Source: Candidatus Culexmicrobium cathedralense (GTDB lineage: Archaea > Thermoproteota > Methanomethylicia > Culexarchaeales > Culexmicrobiaceae). Taken from it: a DNA stretch of 64,000 bases. The notes under the pieces were generated by a model, which worked only from the letters and a program-made list of their open reading frames with translations, was not told where the DNA came from and made no database searches. Positions 51,891 to 62,022 of the stretch are shown one piece after another. Within the stretch, counting starts at the first letter, position 1; every line of letters begins with the position of its first letter. The stretch spans positions 96,001 through 160,000 of the forward strand of contig JANZKC010000004.1 of NCBI GenBank assembly GCA_025061115.1, read 5' to 3'. Made by a program: the position numbers and the translations under genes.

Positions 51891-53131
51891 TAAAAGGAAA
51901 AGCAATTGATTTCCTTAAAAAAATAAGTAATGAAAGACGTGAAATTGAACAACACTTAAAAGAGTCATTAGAATATGCAGAAAAAATTAAAGAAATTATA
52001 GAAAATTATCCTGATTTTTGCAACCATATCCGAAGACCATCTAAGCCGAAAGGGTTATGTCTAGATGAAATAAAGCAATGTAAGAATGAACTACAAGAAA
52101 TTTATATTGAGCTAATTGCTACAGCTGTCTTGAATAGTTTAAATATGGATTTTATTACTAAATCATCACTTATAGGCATAGTCCAACCTATAGCTGAAGA
52201 AATCCATGAAGGAGTCTTGTCTTTTAAAAACCTAATAATGCCAAAAGAATTTGGTATAGCTTTGTCAGAAGCTATATCGAGCTACGATCCTAATGTTGTA
52301 CGTTCTGTTATCAAAAGCCTTTATACCGAGGATTTAGAAAATATTATGAAAATTAATGATGTAATTTCTAAGGTGAAGAAGAATGCAATTACATTTTACG
52401 GTAAAGATCATGCGAAAGAAATAGAAGAATTGTTGCTTAACTTGTTAAAACATTATGTGAGAAAGATTTTTGATAAAGAGGTAACTGTAAAAATAATGCT
52501 CGATGAAATAAAAGAACTTCAAGAACTAATACATGAAGCATATGTTATGACAACAAATTGTAATGCTATTTCTATACCTCGAACTAATGTATTAAAGAAT
52601 TATATGATTAGGGCCTTCGCAACAACAATATGTGATTATCTGAATAAACTTATTAAGACGTGTCATCAGTTACAAGAATTGCCTAAACAAAGTAAATGTA
52701 CTAAATGGAAAGAAAATATTGAAAAAACATTAAAAAATATTAAGCTTCTTATTAGTGAAATTGAAGATGAAAAATATTCTAAATTATTTAAAATACAAAA
52801 AATAATAAATAAATTAGATATATCTAATAACATTAAAAATAATATCGCTTCCTTAATACAAAAAATGTTACAAAAAAATGGGCATTTAAATGAAAAACTT
52901 TGGTTAGAACTTGATGAAAAGTTAAACAATATTTTTAGAGGAACGATAAATGACGAACAACAAATATTACTTAATGTAATTTTTTCAATGTTAACTGATG
53001 AAAAACGTGAGATGACTATTATAGAAATAATTGAACATGCCACGAAGAAAGTGGCTAATAAGGATAAGATGCTTAAAGCGTTGTATGAGCTTTGTGAAAA
53101 AGGCTTGGTAGAGTGTTTTGTAAGGGTGTAG
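51887..53131 (+). CDS. Coiled-coil protein with C-terminal wHTH (DpdI-like by position)
   Basis: ATGA overlap with the ATPase; helical; ends LKALYELCEKGLVECFVRV. Confidence 0.55.
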   Translation: MIKGKAIDFLKKISNERREIEQHLKESLEYAEKIKEIIENYPDFCNHIRRPSKPKGLCLDEIKQCKNELQEIYIELIATAVLNSLNMDFITKSSLIGIVQPIAEEIHEGVLSFKNLIMPKEFGIALSEAISSYDPNVVRSVIKSLYTEDLENIMKINDVISKVKKNAITFYGKDHAKEIEELLLNLLKHYVRKIFDKEVTVKIMLDEIKELQELIHEAYVMTTNCNAISIPRTNVLKNYMIRAFATTICDYLNKLIKTCHQLQELPKQSKCTKWKENIEKTLKNIKLLISEIEDEKYSKLFKIQKIINKLDISNNIKNNIASLIQKMLQKNGHLNEKLWLELDEKLNNIFRGTINDEQQILLNVIFSMLTDEKREMTIIEIIEHATKKVANKDKMLKALYELCEKGLVECFVRV

Positions 53132-53135
53132 ATTC

Positions 53136-55763
53136 ATGCCTCTTCCCGTTCCCCCTAAAAATATTGTAGAAATATTTACCACTAATGGTCGTAGTGAGGA
53201 TTTTGCTAAAAGATACGTTGCTAATGCTATTTTATCATTAATTGAAGAAAAAGAACAGCAACATATACAAAACCTGGATTATGATGCTTGGGTAAAACTT
53301 TCTTATAAAGATATATGCGAGAAGATTATAGAATATGTGAACCATTTTGCTCGTGCAATTAATTCAAGGGGTTTGTCGTATGATGATGTAAACCATTCTG
53401 AACTATCTGAATATATAGCATGTGTTCTTTACACATTTGCGTCAGAAGGTATTTATGAGGCGCATCATAGCCGCTACATAATAATAAGGGGTGAATATGA
53501 TGTTAATGCAATTAAGGATAAATTGACGAATAGCTTTCTAGAGGTCAGAAGTAGGTTTATTGAAATCGCACGTAACCTTGTGAAAGTAAAACAAAGATTT
53601 TGGAATACATCGATATATGAGGCAAAACCATTGATAGATAGAGTTTTTGCATACGTTGAACCAAGGTTTTTACCTATTGATGTTGTTGATATATATCAAA
53701 TTTTGGATGCCCTGGCTGAGAGAGTTAAAGTATTATATGAGGTTTTTTGTGGGAAGTTACGTAAAGAAGAGAATTCTCAAACAAAGGATTTCCTTGGGGA
53801 AGTTGTAAAAAATTTTCTTCAAAAAGTTATAAAATTTAGGCTTTACGAATATCAGGTGCGAGGATTAATACAAATTTTAAATAACGTTAAAGATTGCATC
53901 GATAAATGCGTGGAAAGAGCAGTAGTATTACAAGCACCAACAGGTTCCGGAAAAACTGAAGCTTTCGTTTTGTCGATTATTCTTGCTTCTCTTGCGTATA
54001 AAGCCGCTTTAGATTGGGATAATAAATCACCTGCTGCGCTCATTATTTACCCGCGTAGAGCTTTAGCAACAGATCAACTGAAACGACTAATTACTTATTT
54101 ATTCCATATCAATAATGTACTTAAAGATGTTGGTAATAGGAGAAAACAAAAGTATGCCAAGTTAAGGCTTTCAATTAATTATACTGAAATAAGACCTATG
54201 AGAGAATATGAGGCTTTAGCAAAAAAGGTTCAACAAGAGAAGCCTAGAGAGTGGAAAGAATATAAAATGAATTACATAAAGGTATTGTCGAAATATAGCA
54301 ATGAAGGTGAAGTTTTAGTAAAATTGCCATTTCTGTGGCTACCTGAAAGTGATGAAAATCCCTGTATTGTAGTCTCATCAGACAGTTACATATGGTATAA
54401 CCAGGACATGGATTTTGTTACAGTAACTAAAGAAGATGTTTATGAAAAACCAGGCGACATTCATGTAACCCTATTTGAGACCTTGAGAAATAACTTAAGA
54501 AATAAAAGAGCACATCCTATTTTTGGTTTTCCTTATGAGTATGGTCCCTTTATAATTGTATTAGATGAAGTGCATACTTATATAGGCATAACAGGCGCAA
54601 GATACGCGTATCTTCTCGATAGATTATTAATGGTTATTAAATGCCGTACCAATCGCCATACAAGAGGTGTTTTGTTTGTATGTGTAAGTGCTACTGTACC
54701 TAATCCTGAAAACTTTATAAAAAAATTATTAGCTGTAAAAGAATTTGCCATAGTGTCTCCGAGAGAAGCAGAGACTATCCCCCTTGGGAACGAATATTTC
54801 TACGTAATAATTCCTACGACCAAATATCTTGTAAACCACTTAGCAGTTTCTATACAAGCTGCTATGGTTCTGCATTTCAATATACCTGCATTAATTGAAG
54901 AAAAAGGAAAGAAAAAGAAGAGTTTTATCTTTTCGGACAACCTTGACGTCATCGAAAGATTTCGAAGAGACTTTGGAGATGCCATTAATAGAAAATTGCA
55001 AGATCTCAGAAATCCCCTAGATCCTGCTTTTTACGATAAGACGATTAAGGAGTTTGGTGATGGACTATGTTGGAAAGAAGCACTTGATAAACCGTGGTTA
55101 CTAGAATACCTTAAGTCGTGGAAAGAGGGTGAATATTGGTGGCCGTATGCATTGGAGAAAAAAGAGGGATTAACATTTGACAAATTATCAAAATATACGG
55201 GACCTGAAAAAGGAGATGTAAAAGAGAGTGATATTGTCGTTGCAGATTCTGCGCTGGAGTTAGGGGTGGATTATAGGGATGTTGTCGTAATATATCAACA
55301 CGGCATTCCATTAAGTATTGCTTCATTAATACAAAGAGCCGGACGTTCAGGTAGAATTGTGCGAGACAACCCCCTTGTAAGGGTGGCTGTAGCAGTAATG
55401 TTATCTCCATACATCCCTTCACAGGCAGCTCTATTCCAACTTCTTATTAGAAGCGAATCATTAAGGAATGTTCTTGAATATGAAAGTTTGAATATACCTG
55501 TTGGCAATAAGAAATTAATAGCTCAAACTATAGTGGAAAGTATTTTAGATTATATGTCGTTAAAACCCCAACACTTAATGAGGTTTGAAGATATCGAAAA
55601 AAGATTACTTACATTCTTAAATAAAGAGGGGCGCTCCATTGTTCAATATATTAAAGATATGTTGAGGAGGCGTGCGGTTATGCTAAAACTCGAGATAGAT
55701 GATGTGATAAAAAGCACATTAGATACATTAATCGAAGAACTGAAAGATGCTTGGGAGGCTTAA
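53136..55763 (+). CDS. dpdJ: SF2 DEAH-box helicase, DpdJ/DrmA/YprA-like
   Basis: YEYQ, APTGSGKTEAF, IYPRRALATDQ, LDEVHTY.G..GA, VSATVPNP, FSDNLDV, LELGVD, QRAGRSGR. Confidence 0.8.
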   Translation: MPLPVPPKNIVEIFTTNGRSEDFAKRYVANAILSLIEEKEQQHIQNLDYDAWVKLSYKDICEKIIEYVNHFARAINSRGLSYDDVNHSELSEYIACVLYTFASEGIYEAHHSRYIIIRGEYDVNAIKDKLTNSFLEVRSRFIEIARNLVKVKQRFWNTSIYEAKPLIDRVFAYVEPRFLPIDVVDIYQILDALAERVKVLYEVFCGKLRKEENSQTKDFLGEVVKNFLQKVIKFRLYEYQVRGLIQILNNVKDCIDKCVERAVVLQAPTGSGKTEAFVLSIILASLAYKAALDWDNKSPAALIIYPRRALATDQLKRLITYLFHINNVLKDVGNRRKQKYAKLRLSINYTEIRPMREYEALAKKVQQEKPREWKEYKMNYIKVLSKYSNEGEVLVKLPFLWLPESDENPCIVVSSDSYIWYNQDMDFVTVTKEDVYEKPGDIHVTLFETLRNNLRNKRAHPIFGFPYEYGPFIIVLDEVHTYIGITGARYAYLLDRLLMVIKCRTNRHTRGVLFVCVSATVPNPENFIKKLLAVKEFAIVSPREAETIPLGNEYFYVIIPTTKYLVNHLAVSIQAAMVLHFNIPALIEEKGKKKKSFIFSDNLDVIERFRRDFGDAINRKLQDLRNPLDPAFYDKTIKEFGDGLCWKEALDKPWLLEYLKSWKEGEYWWPYALEKKEGLTFDKLSKYTGPEKGDVKESDIVVADSALELGVDYRDVVVIYQHGIPLSIASLIQRAGRSGRIVRDNPLVRVAVAVMLSPYIPSQAALFQLLIRSESLRNVLEYESLNIPVGNKKLIAQTIVESILDYMSLKPQHLMRFEDIEKRLLTFLNKEGRSIVQYIKDMLRRRAVMLKLEIDDVIKSTLDTLIEELKDAWEA

Positions 55764-58081
55764 AATTGTTCAAATTAAGTCATACAAAGGTCTTATGCAG
55801 ATATCTCCCTCCTACTCTATTTATGGAAACAAATCTACCTGCCGTTAAAATTAAAATGGGGAAAAAGAACGTGAGGAGTGAAGATATTGAACTATCTTTA
55901 TCAACATATTTACCAGGAAAAGTAAGCTTTAGATGCGTTCCTGGTCTCATAGTACCTATTTATAAATCTCGTAAACGCAGGAAAAATAAACTTGTAATTA
56001 TCACCGATAAGGTATATGAGCTTAGAAGCCCACTGTTAAGCTCTCATGAAAAAGAAAAAATTAGAGAAGAATTGCCATTTTCTTTTAAGGTTTATCTAAA
56101 TACGTTTGGGCTTCCATGGAAAGTAGACTTTTATAGGCTTGGCGGTGTTAATGCTCAGCCTTTTCTTTGGAATAACGGCTATCACTGGATGTTGTGGTTG
56201 ACGAAAGAGCATATGATGTCAATAGTTTTTGAAAAGAAAGATATTGAGAACATTCTCAAAAGATATAGAATCAAAAACATATACTTTCTAACAGAAAGAT
56301 CAACTGTTTATCCGCTATTTAATTTGACAGTACTTAAATCTCTTGAAAAAACAGCTAATACTTTGCAATCTATCGCTAAAAGGCTGGGTTTCAATTTTAT
56401 TGAAAGTGACGTGAGTTATTACTCAGCTGATATATTTAAGTATCTTTACGCTTTAAATTTAGAACTTGAAGTTCGCGCTGTCAGATCCTCTCAATATAAT
56501 AACTCTTGTTCTCTACCCCAGCTTAGAAAAGTTACAAGGTTTAAACGAAAAATCATAGGTACAAGGATACTTGCTAGGGATGAAGATATGTTGTCTCCTA
56601 TATTGTTAGGATTTAAAATTGAAGATACCCCTTTATTGAAGTTAACTCCCGATGTTGAAGAGTTTATAGAGTATTTTTTAAAGAAAGGCTCGCAATTAAT
56701 AATTCAAGATTCTTTATCGGGTTATACGAAATATGCTATAATAATGGACTTGACTATAAATCAACTTTTAGGAGATATAGGTTGCCATAAATTGCTTACC
56801 AATTTAAATCATGTTTTTTCGTATTTTGATATTTTCTGCAACGAACCAATACTTGATATTATTGAAAATGGAGATAATCTGTTTCACTACCTTCTGTGGT
56901 TTGACGAAAAACTAAGTGAAACAAGTAAATGCCCTGCAGATCTTTTGATATTTAAAGAGATAATTGGCGAACGTTTATCGTCTTGTAACTTTTTATCAAA
57001 GATAAAAAAGATAAATCAAAGTATTAAAGAGAAAATCGAGAACAGACTAAAGGAAATTTCAAGTCAAGTTAAAGAAGCTAAATTTAATATACTAATGTCA
57101 ATTCTTAATCATACTTTTAGTCACCATTTTCTTAAGGCTATAACTTTTAGAAGTAGTGTCAACAGCAGATACCTCGGAGAAATTTATCATTCATACTTTA
57201 CCCATCCCAATTCTGGGAAATATAAATCGTTTTATATATATGAAATATCATCAGGAGGCGTTGGAGCCCTTGAATCTGTTGTAAATACTTGGCAAACAGA
57301 TAAACAGAGTTTCATTATTGATGTCTTATTGCAAGCAGGGTCGTGTATTATAGGTATGCCTGAAGATTTGGTCTATAATATGCTACTTAAGAATTATAAG
57401 CCGCCTTCATCGATTGATGAGGCGAGATGTTATGTTATACAGGGACTCAAAGACGTAGATCTTCTAATAACGCCTGAGGAGTGTGAAGAAGCTGCGAGAT
57501 TATCGTTTAGTATAACCAAGGAATTTGATATGAGAGGTTGGGACATTGCTAAAGAGGTTGCTTACTGTAGAAGGGCGCTTGAAGATAAAATTAAAAGAAC
57601 TGCCTTATCTCATGAAATATGCATTAATGTTCTTAAGAACCTTAGCTCTTGTAAGAATTGCAAAGAAGTGCTTGAAGAAATCATTCAAAGGACAAGTGAA
57701 GCACAGGGTTGGAATGTTGACGTAGAAATTCTAGATGAAATAAGAGAGGCTCTTTTCAATGTAGAAAACAAATTAGTCGAAAAAATAAGGAAAGGTGATA
57801 AAAGCATGAGAAAAATTGTAAGAGAAATTGGAAGGATACTAGAGGCGGCTTTACTGAGATTTGTTCTTACATCATGTCCAACAGCTTGCGGTTGGTGCTA
57901 TATTAACTCTAGTGGATGTAGTGAAAGCTCAGCACCATGGCTTCAAGCATTGACTCTAAATAGGAGATTGTTAAAACACTATGCTACATGGACATTAAAG
58001 AGGGTTAGAGATAAGAGAAATGAAGGTCTAACCTTAGCTTCAGTAAAAATTGGAGGAGACGTAATAAAAGTAATAGGGTAG
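55751..58081 (+). CDS. DUF1998/MrfA Zn-binding domain protein (DpdJ C-terminal half / DrmB-like)
   Basis: HTFSHHFL, IYE..SGGVG, SC...CPTACGWC...C, LNR.LL; overlaps the helicase stop. Confidence 0.72.
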   Translation: MGGLKLFKLSHTKVLCRYLPPTLFMETNLPAVKIKMGKKNVRSEDIELSLSTYLPGKVSFRCVPGLIVPIYKSRKRRKNKLVIITDKVYELRSPLLSSHEKEKIREELPFSFKVYLNTFGLPWKVDFYRLGGVNAQPFLWNNGYHWMLWLTKEHMMSIVFEKKDIENILKRYRIKNIYFLTERSTVYPLFNLTVLKSLEKTANTLQSIAKRLGFNFIESDVSYYSADIFKYLYALNLELEVRAVRSSQYNNSCSLPQLRKVTRFKRKIIGTRILARDEDMLSPILLGFKIEDTPLLKLTPDVEEFIEYFLKKGSQLIIQDSLSGYTKYAIIMDLTINQLLGDIGCHKLLTNLNHVFSYFDIFCNEPILDIIENGDNLFHYLLWFDEKLSETSKCPADLLIFKEIIGERLSSCNFLSKIKKINQSIKEKIENRLKEISSQVKEAKFNILMSILNHTFSHHFLKAITFRSSVNSRYLGEIYHSYFTHPNSGKYKSFYIYEISSGGVGALESVVNTWQTDKQSFIIDVLLQAGSCIIGMPEDLVYNMLLKNYKPPSSIDEARCYVIQGLKDVDLLITPEECEEAARLSFSITKEFDMRGWDIAKEVAYCRRALEDKIKRTALSHEICINVLKNLSSCKNCKEVLEEIIQRTSEAQGWNVDVEILDEIREALFNVENKLVEKIRKGDKSMRKIVREIGRILEAALLRFVLTSCPTACGWCYINSSGCSESSAPWLQALTLNRRLLKHYATWTLKRVRDKRNEGLTLASVKIGGDVIKVIG

Positions 58082-58085
58082 TTGG

Positions 58086-58862
58086 ATGATCATGTTCTTC
58101 ATTTACAGAACCATTGGATCAAGTAAGATAGAACAAGCGTTTCTTGACCTTTTTTACGAGGAGTTTTTAACTGAGGAACATGATGATATCTATATAATCT
58201 CACCATGGATAACACCATTTAGTTTCTCTAAAAAAATTGTAGTATACCCATACATAGTTGCTGATAACATTGTAGATGTATTGTTAGGGCTAGTAAAGAT
58301 AGGCGTTAAAGTTAAGATTCTAACGCGTTGTATTGATGATCTGTTACCTCTTGATAAACTGTATTTAGTGGATCTTATATTACAGTCCGCAGGTGACGAA
58401 GTTAATTACAAAGTGCTACGTGAAATTTATGATTATTTGATAAATGATATTAAATGGGCAATAAATCGTATGAAAGCGATAATTCTGCTTTCTAAAAGTG
58501 GAATAGAAATAAGGTACGATGTAGGTGAAGATCTTTATTCAAATAGACTTCACTCAAAAATGTATGTGGGAAGTAAAAAAGCTATTATTGGCTCTGCAAA
58601 TCTGACACAGAGCGGTATTGTTGATAATAGAGGAAATAAAGAATTCATATTAGTAGTTGATAGAGAAGAGCCTTTATACGAGAAAATACGAGAAGCTGCC
58701 ATAAAGTATTTCGAACAAGGATATAACTTTGAAAGATGTGAGAAAAGAATTATTAGAACAATAAATCGCATACTTACTGAGAAGTTCATAAGCCTCAACG
58801 ATTTTATGAAATACATGGAAAGAGTTCTAATATCTATCAGTCCAAAAACCAAATACCGTTAA
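58086..58862 (+). CDS. dpdK: PLD-family nuclease (DpdK/DrmC-like)
   Basis: IISPWI, LHSKMYV...GSANLTQSG...NKE. Confidence 0.75.
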   Translation: MIMFFIYRTIGSSKIEQAFLDLFYEEFLTEEHDDIYIISPWITPFSFSKKIVVYPYIVADNIVDVLLGLVKIGVKVKILTRCIDDLLPLDKLYLVDLILQSAGDEVNYKVLREIYDYLINDIKWAINRMKAIILLSKSGIEIRYDVGEDLYSNRLHSKMYVGSKKAIIGSANLTQSGIVDNRGNKEFILVVDREEPLYEKIREAAIKYFEQGYNFERCEKRIIRTINRILTEKFISLNDFMKYMERVLISISPKTKYR

Positions 58863-59051
58863 TATAGCTAATATAGCTTATACAAAGCACAGCTCATAGT
58901 TAACCTGCGTACACTTATGCAGCTAAGACGATGTTTGCTAATTAATCAGACTTAAACATAAACTACTTCACTATTTTTGAATACAAAAATTGTTTATTTT
59001 TAGCTACATCTTAAAAATACAAAATGCTCATGAGGAAAATGTGGTGGCAGC

Positions 59052-59342
59052 ATGGTAGACTTAATCATACCCCTATTCTATAAGCCGGCCTGGGAGATTG
59101 AGCTGGAAGGAAGAGAGCTAGACGTTAGATTCGCAGATGAGCTGAGAAACCTCGGCGACGAATTGAGAGATAGACTATACCGAGCAGCAGAACTACATGA
59201 AAAACTTCTAGAAAACGGATGGAAAGCAATAGGAGGACAATACGAAATAACCTACCACAAAGACCTAACAATAGAAGAAGCACAACAAGAAATCCAAAAA
59301 CTACAAATAGAAAAATACCTAAGCAGCCTCACCAAAACCTAA
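59052..59342 (+). CDS. Hypothetical protein
   Basis: 96-aa ORF with upstream GTGG RBS-like element. Confidence 0.6.
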   Translation: MVDLIIPLFYKPAWEIELEGRELDVRFADELRNLGDELRDRLYRAAELHEKLLENGWKAIGGQYEITYHKDLTIEEAQQEIQKLQIEKYLSSLTKT

Positions 59343-59508
59343 CAAACAACAAGAAACAAAATCAGCGATCACCGTCACTAACAGCTTCGAAGCCAACGCA
59401 GAAGGCAAATCAACTTCCCACCCCGAATTCTAAAAGCACTCCCTCAAACCCTCGCAATGAAGATTAAAACCCTAACTCTTAAACTAGATAGGCAATTCAC
59501 ATGAATTT

Positions 59509-59535
59509 TGGGCATTTTTATATATTTGTGGGCAT
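59509..59535. promoter_or_regulatory. Direct repeats flanking the TATA box of the vapBC pair
   Basis: TGGGCAT at 59509 and 59529 around TTTTATATA. Confidence 0.45.
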
Positions 59536-59557
59536 ATTTTAAGGGTGAGGGACAAAT

Positions 59558-59806
59558 TTGGCGGTTGTGAATATTGACAGTAGAGGCAGGCTCACCATAC
59601 CTAGAAAGATGAAGGTGAAAAGCACGAGAGCCATAATAATTCCAGCCGGAAGCTTCTTCATAATAATTCCCATCCCCCCAAAGCCCATCAACTACGCTAA
59701 AAGCTGGTTGAAAACAAGCAAAACCCGACGCGAATTAAAGAAAATGGCAGAAGAACTAGCCAAGAAAGATGCAGTCAAGAGAGCCGAGAGGAGGAAGCAG
59801 CAATGA
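59558..59806 (+). CDS. AbrB-family antitoxin (VapB)
   Basis: VNIDSRGRLTIPRK; overlaps the PIN gene. Confidence 0.85.
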   Translation: MAVVNIDSRGRLTIPRKMKVKSTRAIIIPAGSFFIIIPIPPKPINYAKSWLKTSKTRRELKKMAEELAKKDAVKRAERRKQQ

Positions 59807-60225
59807 TGATCGAAACAGACATCCTCTACGCCTACATTAAACCCAAGGACCGGCTAAAACCCACCGCAGAAAAATTAATCGAAAAAATAGAGCAAGGCGA
59901 ACTCGGAGTAATTTACGCTTCAAGAGAAGTACTACACGAACTATATTACATATCCATGCAGGAAGGAATCTCCCTAAGCGAATTCATAGCAAGAATCTCA
60001 GCCATAACGGCCATAAACAACCTAGAATTCATAGAAACAGACCACATAATAGACCTACTAGCCTTCACCCTAATGCAACAATACAAACTAACATCCCTAT
60101 TTGACGCCTACTACGCAGCAACAGCACTAAACAAAACCAACGACCACACAATAATCTCAACAGACAACACATTCGACAAAATACCAGGCCTAAAAAGAAT
60201 AGACCCAAGAGAACTAGTCAAATAA
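59803..60225 (+). CDS. vapC: VapC PIN-domain toxin
   Basis: IETDILYA...E..HE...SLFDAYYAATA..IISTD..FD.IPGL.RIDP. Confidence 0.9.
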   Translation: MMIETDILYAYIKPKDRLKPTAEKLIEKIEQGELGVIYASREVLHELYYISMQEGISLSEFIARISAITAINNLEFIETDHIIDLLAFTLMQQYKLTSLFDAYYAATALNKTNDHTIISTDNTFDKIPGLKRIDPRELVK

Positions 60226-60352
60226 CCCCCCAACAAACTCACCCATAAAAACTACAGACACCACAAACTCAACACCAAACTAAAACTCCCAATTAATCAA
60301 ACCAATCTCTACTACCATTCAAGTGTAAGAAACTTAACTGCAACGCCAAGCA

Positions 60353-60619
60353 TCATCTAATCAACTTTATGAAAGCTTTACTCTTAATCTCTTTAGGAGG
60401 CAATTCATCAGCTATGATGTGGAAGCTTAATCTCACCAAACCACTTTTTCCAATAACCTTAACCCACAAAATTTTTATTTCTTCATCTTTAAATCCTTTA
60501 TTTCTGAAATATTCAAAAAATTCATCTTTGTATACTTCATCTCTGCCATAATGTTTAAACAATTCTCTAACAAGTTTTCTCAATTCCTTTAAGCTCATCG
60601 ACTTGATTCTTTCACTCAC
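60353..60619 (-). CDS. Hypothetical small protein
   Basis: 88 aa, co-oriented downstream of the LAGLIDADG-like gene. Confidence 0.55.
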   Translation of the reverse strand: MSERIKSMSLKELRKLVRELFKHYGRDEVYKDEFFEYFRNKGFKDEEIKILWVKVIGKSGLVRLSFHIIADELPPKEIKSKAFIKLIR

Positions 60620-60648
60620 AAAGCTCCCCTACCCTTAATATTAAATTA

Positions 60649-62022
60649 CTATTTAATATCTTCAGCAATTCTTCCAAATATTTCTTCAAATTTTCTTACT
60701 CTCCATTCTTTAGGCATTCTACTGGGTATTGAGTTGATTTGTTTCTTAATTTCTATTATTTCCTTTTCACGTAACTTTCTTCCTCTATACTTTAGAAATA
60801 TTTCATATTGTCTTCTAAGTCTCTCATCTTTCCATGTGCCTGGCAGTGCACCGTACTCCCTAACTATTATGTCTATTGCCTTAGGCTTATCCATGTATGC
60901 GCGCCATAACACGGTGAATCTGCCTTCTTTACTTAGTTGCATTCTCTCTGGATATGCTTCAACAAATCTTGGTTCAACTTGTTTTTTATACAACTGGTTT
61001 AGGAGGGCAACTTCTTCATTTATTAATTTTGGTTTATTTCTTTCAATGACTTCTAAGATGTCGCTCGACATTTTTTCATCTTCGATTTTATCCATTAATT
61101 TTCCTAAAGCTATTCTTCCTACAGGTCCAATAATTTCTTTCAGCTTTTCTTTTTGCTCTTCTGTGAGTTTATCGGTTATGTCTATTCCTCTAGCCCATGA
61201 AATTCTCATTGCAACTCTTCTTCCCTTGACTCTTACGATGCTTGTACCCTCTTCAGTTAGTGTGGCTTGGAAGTGGTATCGCTGCAATTCTGGGTCGACG
61301 TAAACTTTGGGGTCCAGCGAGGGATTAGTAACGGTCTTCGCTCCAATGGGTATGCCTGCCCTATGCAGTATCCTAGCAGTCGCCGAGTCGAGGTATGTTA
61401 CGTAAGCGTTTTTGTCTTCCCGATATTTGGGCGGCTTCAACCGTGGGGCTCCAAGCTGTCTAAGTAAGTCCATGACGTACTTGTGGAGAGCGGGGTCCTT
61501 ATTGATGTACTTAGCTTTTGGCTGCCTTCGGTTAGTTCTAAGCGAAATTGATCCTTCATTTAAAATGTGGGTTTTCAGCTTAATCAATGCTCGGCTCCTC
61601 AAGTTCACTGGAAACTTCCTCGTGAATACGGCTCGCTCCTCAAGCAGATTCGGATCCAACCCAAATCTCTTGCAGAGCTCCAGCAGCTCCCCAACTTTAA
61701 TTTTAACGGTTTTTCTGCCTTCCGGAATTATTGCTCTCCAGCTCAAGTTGAATTCTTCGAGTAGCTGCTTAAACTTCTCAGCATTCAACTCAACATATGC
61801 GCTCGGCGGCTCATCATACCAGTGGTAGAGGATTTTGCTGAGCTCCTCCCTTATGATGCTGAGGCTCCTCTCAAGCTCCTCGCCGAGCTTCCTCCTCAAA
61901 GAGGCTGAATCCAGAATTTCGCCTGTCTCAGCAAATATTCTGTCAAGTAGCTTTTGCTCCCTAAGCCTTCTAGCCCTAGCCCTTAGGGACAGCTTATACT
62001 GACCCAAAGCTTTCACCGACAA
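60649..62022 (-). CDS. Basic protein with two LAGLIDADG-like motifs
   Basis: LKTHILNEGSI...YINKDPAL and HFQATLTEEGTS; very K/R-rich. Confidence 0.5.
   Translation of the reverse strand: MSVKALGQYKLSLRARARRLREQKLLDRIFAETGEILDSASLRRKLGEELERSLSIIREELSKILYHWYDEPPSAYVELNAEKFKQLLEEFNLSWRAIIPEGRKTVKIKVGELLELCKRFGLDPNLLEERAVFTRKFPVNLRSRALIKLKTHILNEGSISLRTNRRQPKAKYINKDPALHKYVMDLLRQLGAPRLKPPKYREDKNAYVTYLDSATARILHRAGIPIGAKTVTNPSLDPKVYVDPELQRYHFQATLTEEGTSIVRVKGRRVAMRISWARGIDITDKLTEEQKEKLKEIIGPVGRIALGKLMDKIEDEKMSSDILEVIERNKPKLINEEVALLNQLYKKQVEPRFVEAYPERMQLSKEGRFTVLWRAYMDKPKAIDIIVREYGALPGTWKDERLRRQYEIFLKYRGRKLREKEIIEIKKQINSIPSRMPKEWRVRKFEEIFGRIAEDIK

Noticed and set aside
48693-58862. Calling the operon canonical DISARM
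   Set aside because: No DNA methyltransferase or SNF2 DrmD; the linked modifier is DpdA and the order fits dpdH-I-J-K
58861-58880. ATATAGCT tandem duplication just after the PLD gene as a target-site duplication
   Set aside because: Short, AT-rich, and no matching copy at the left island boundary
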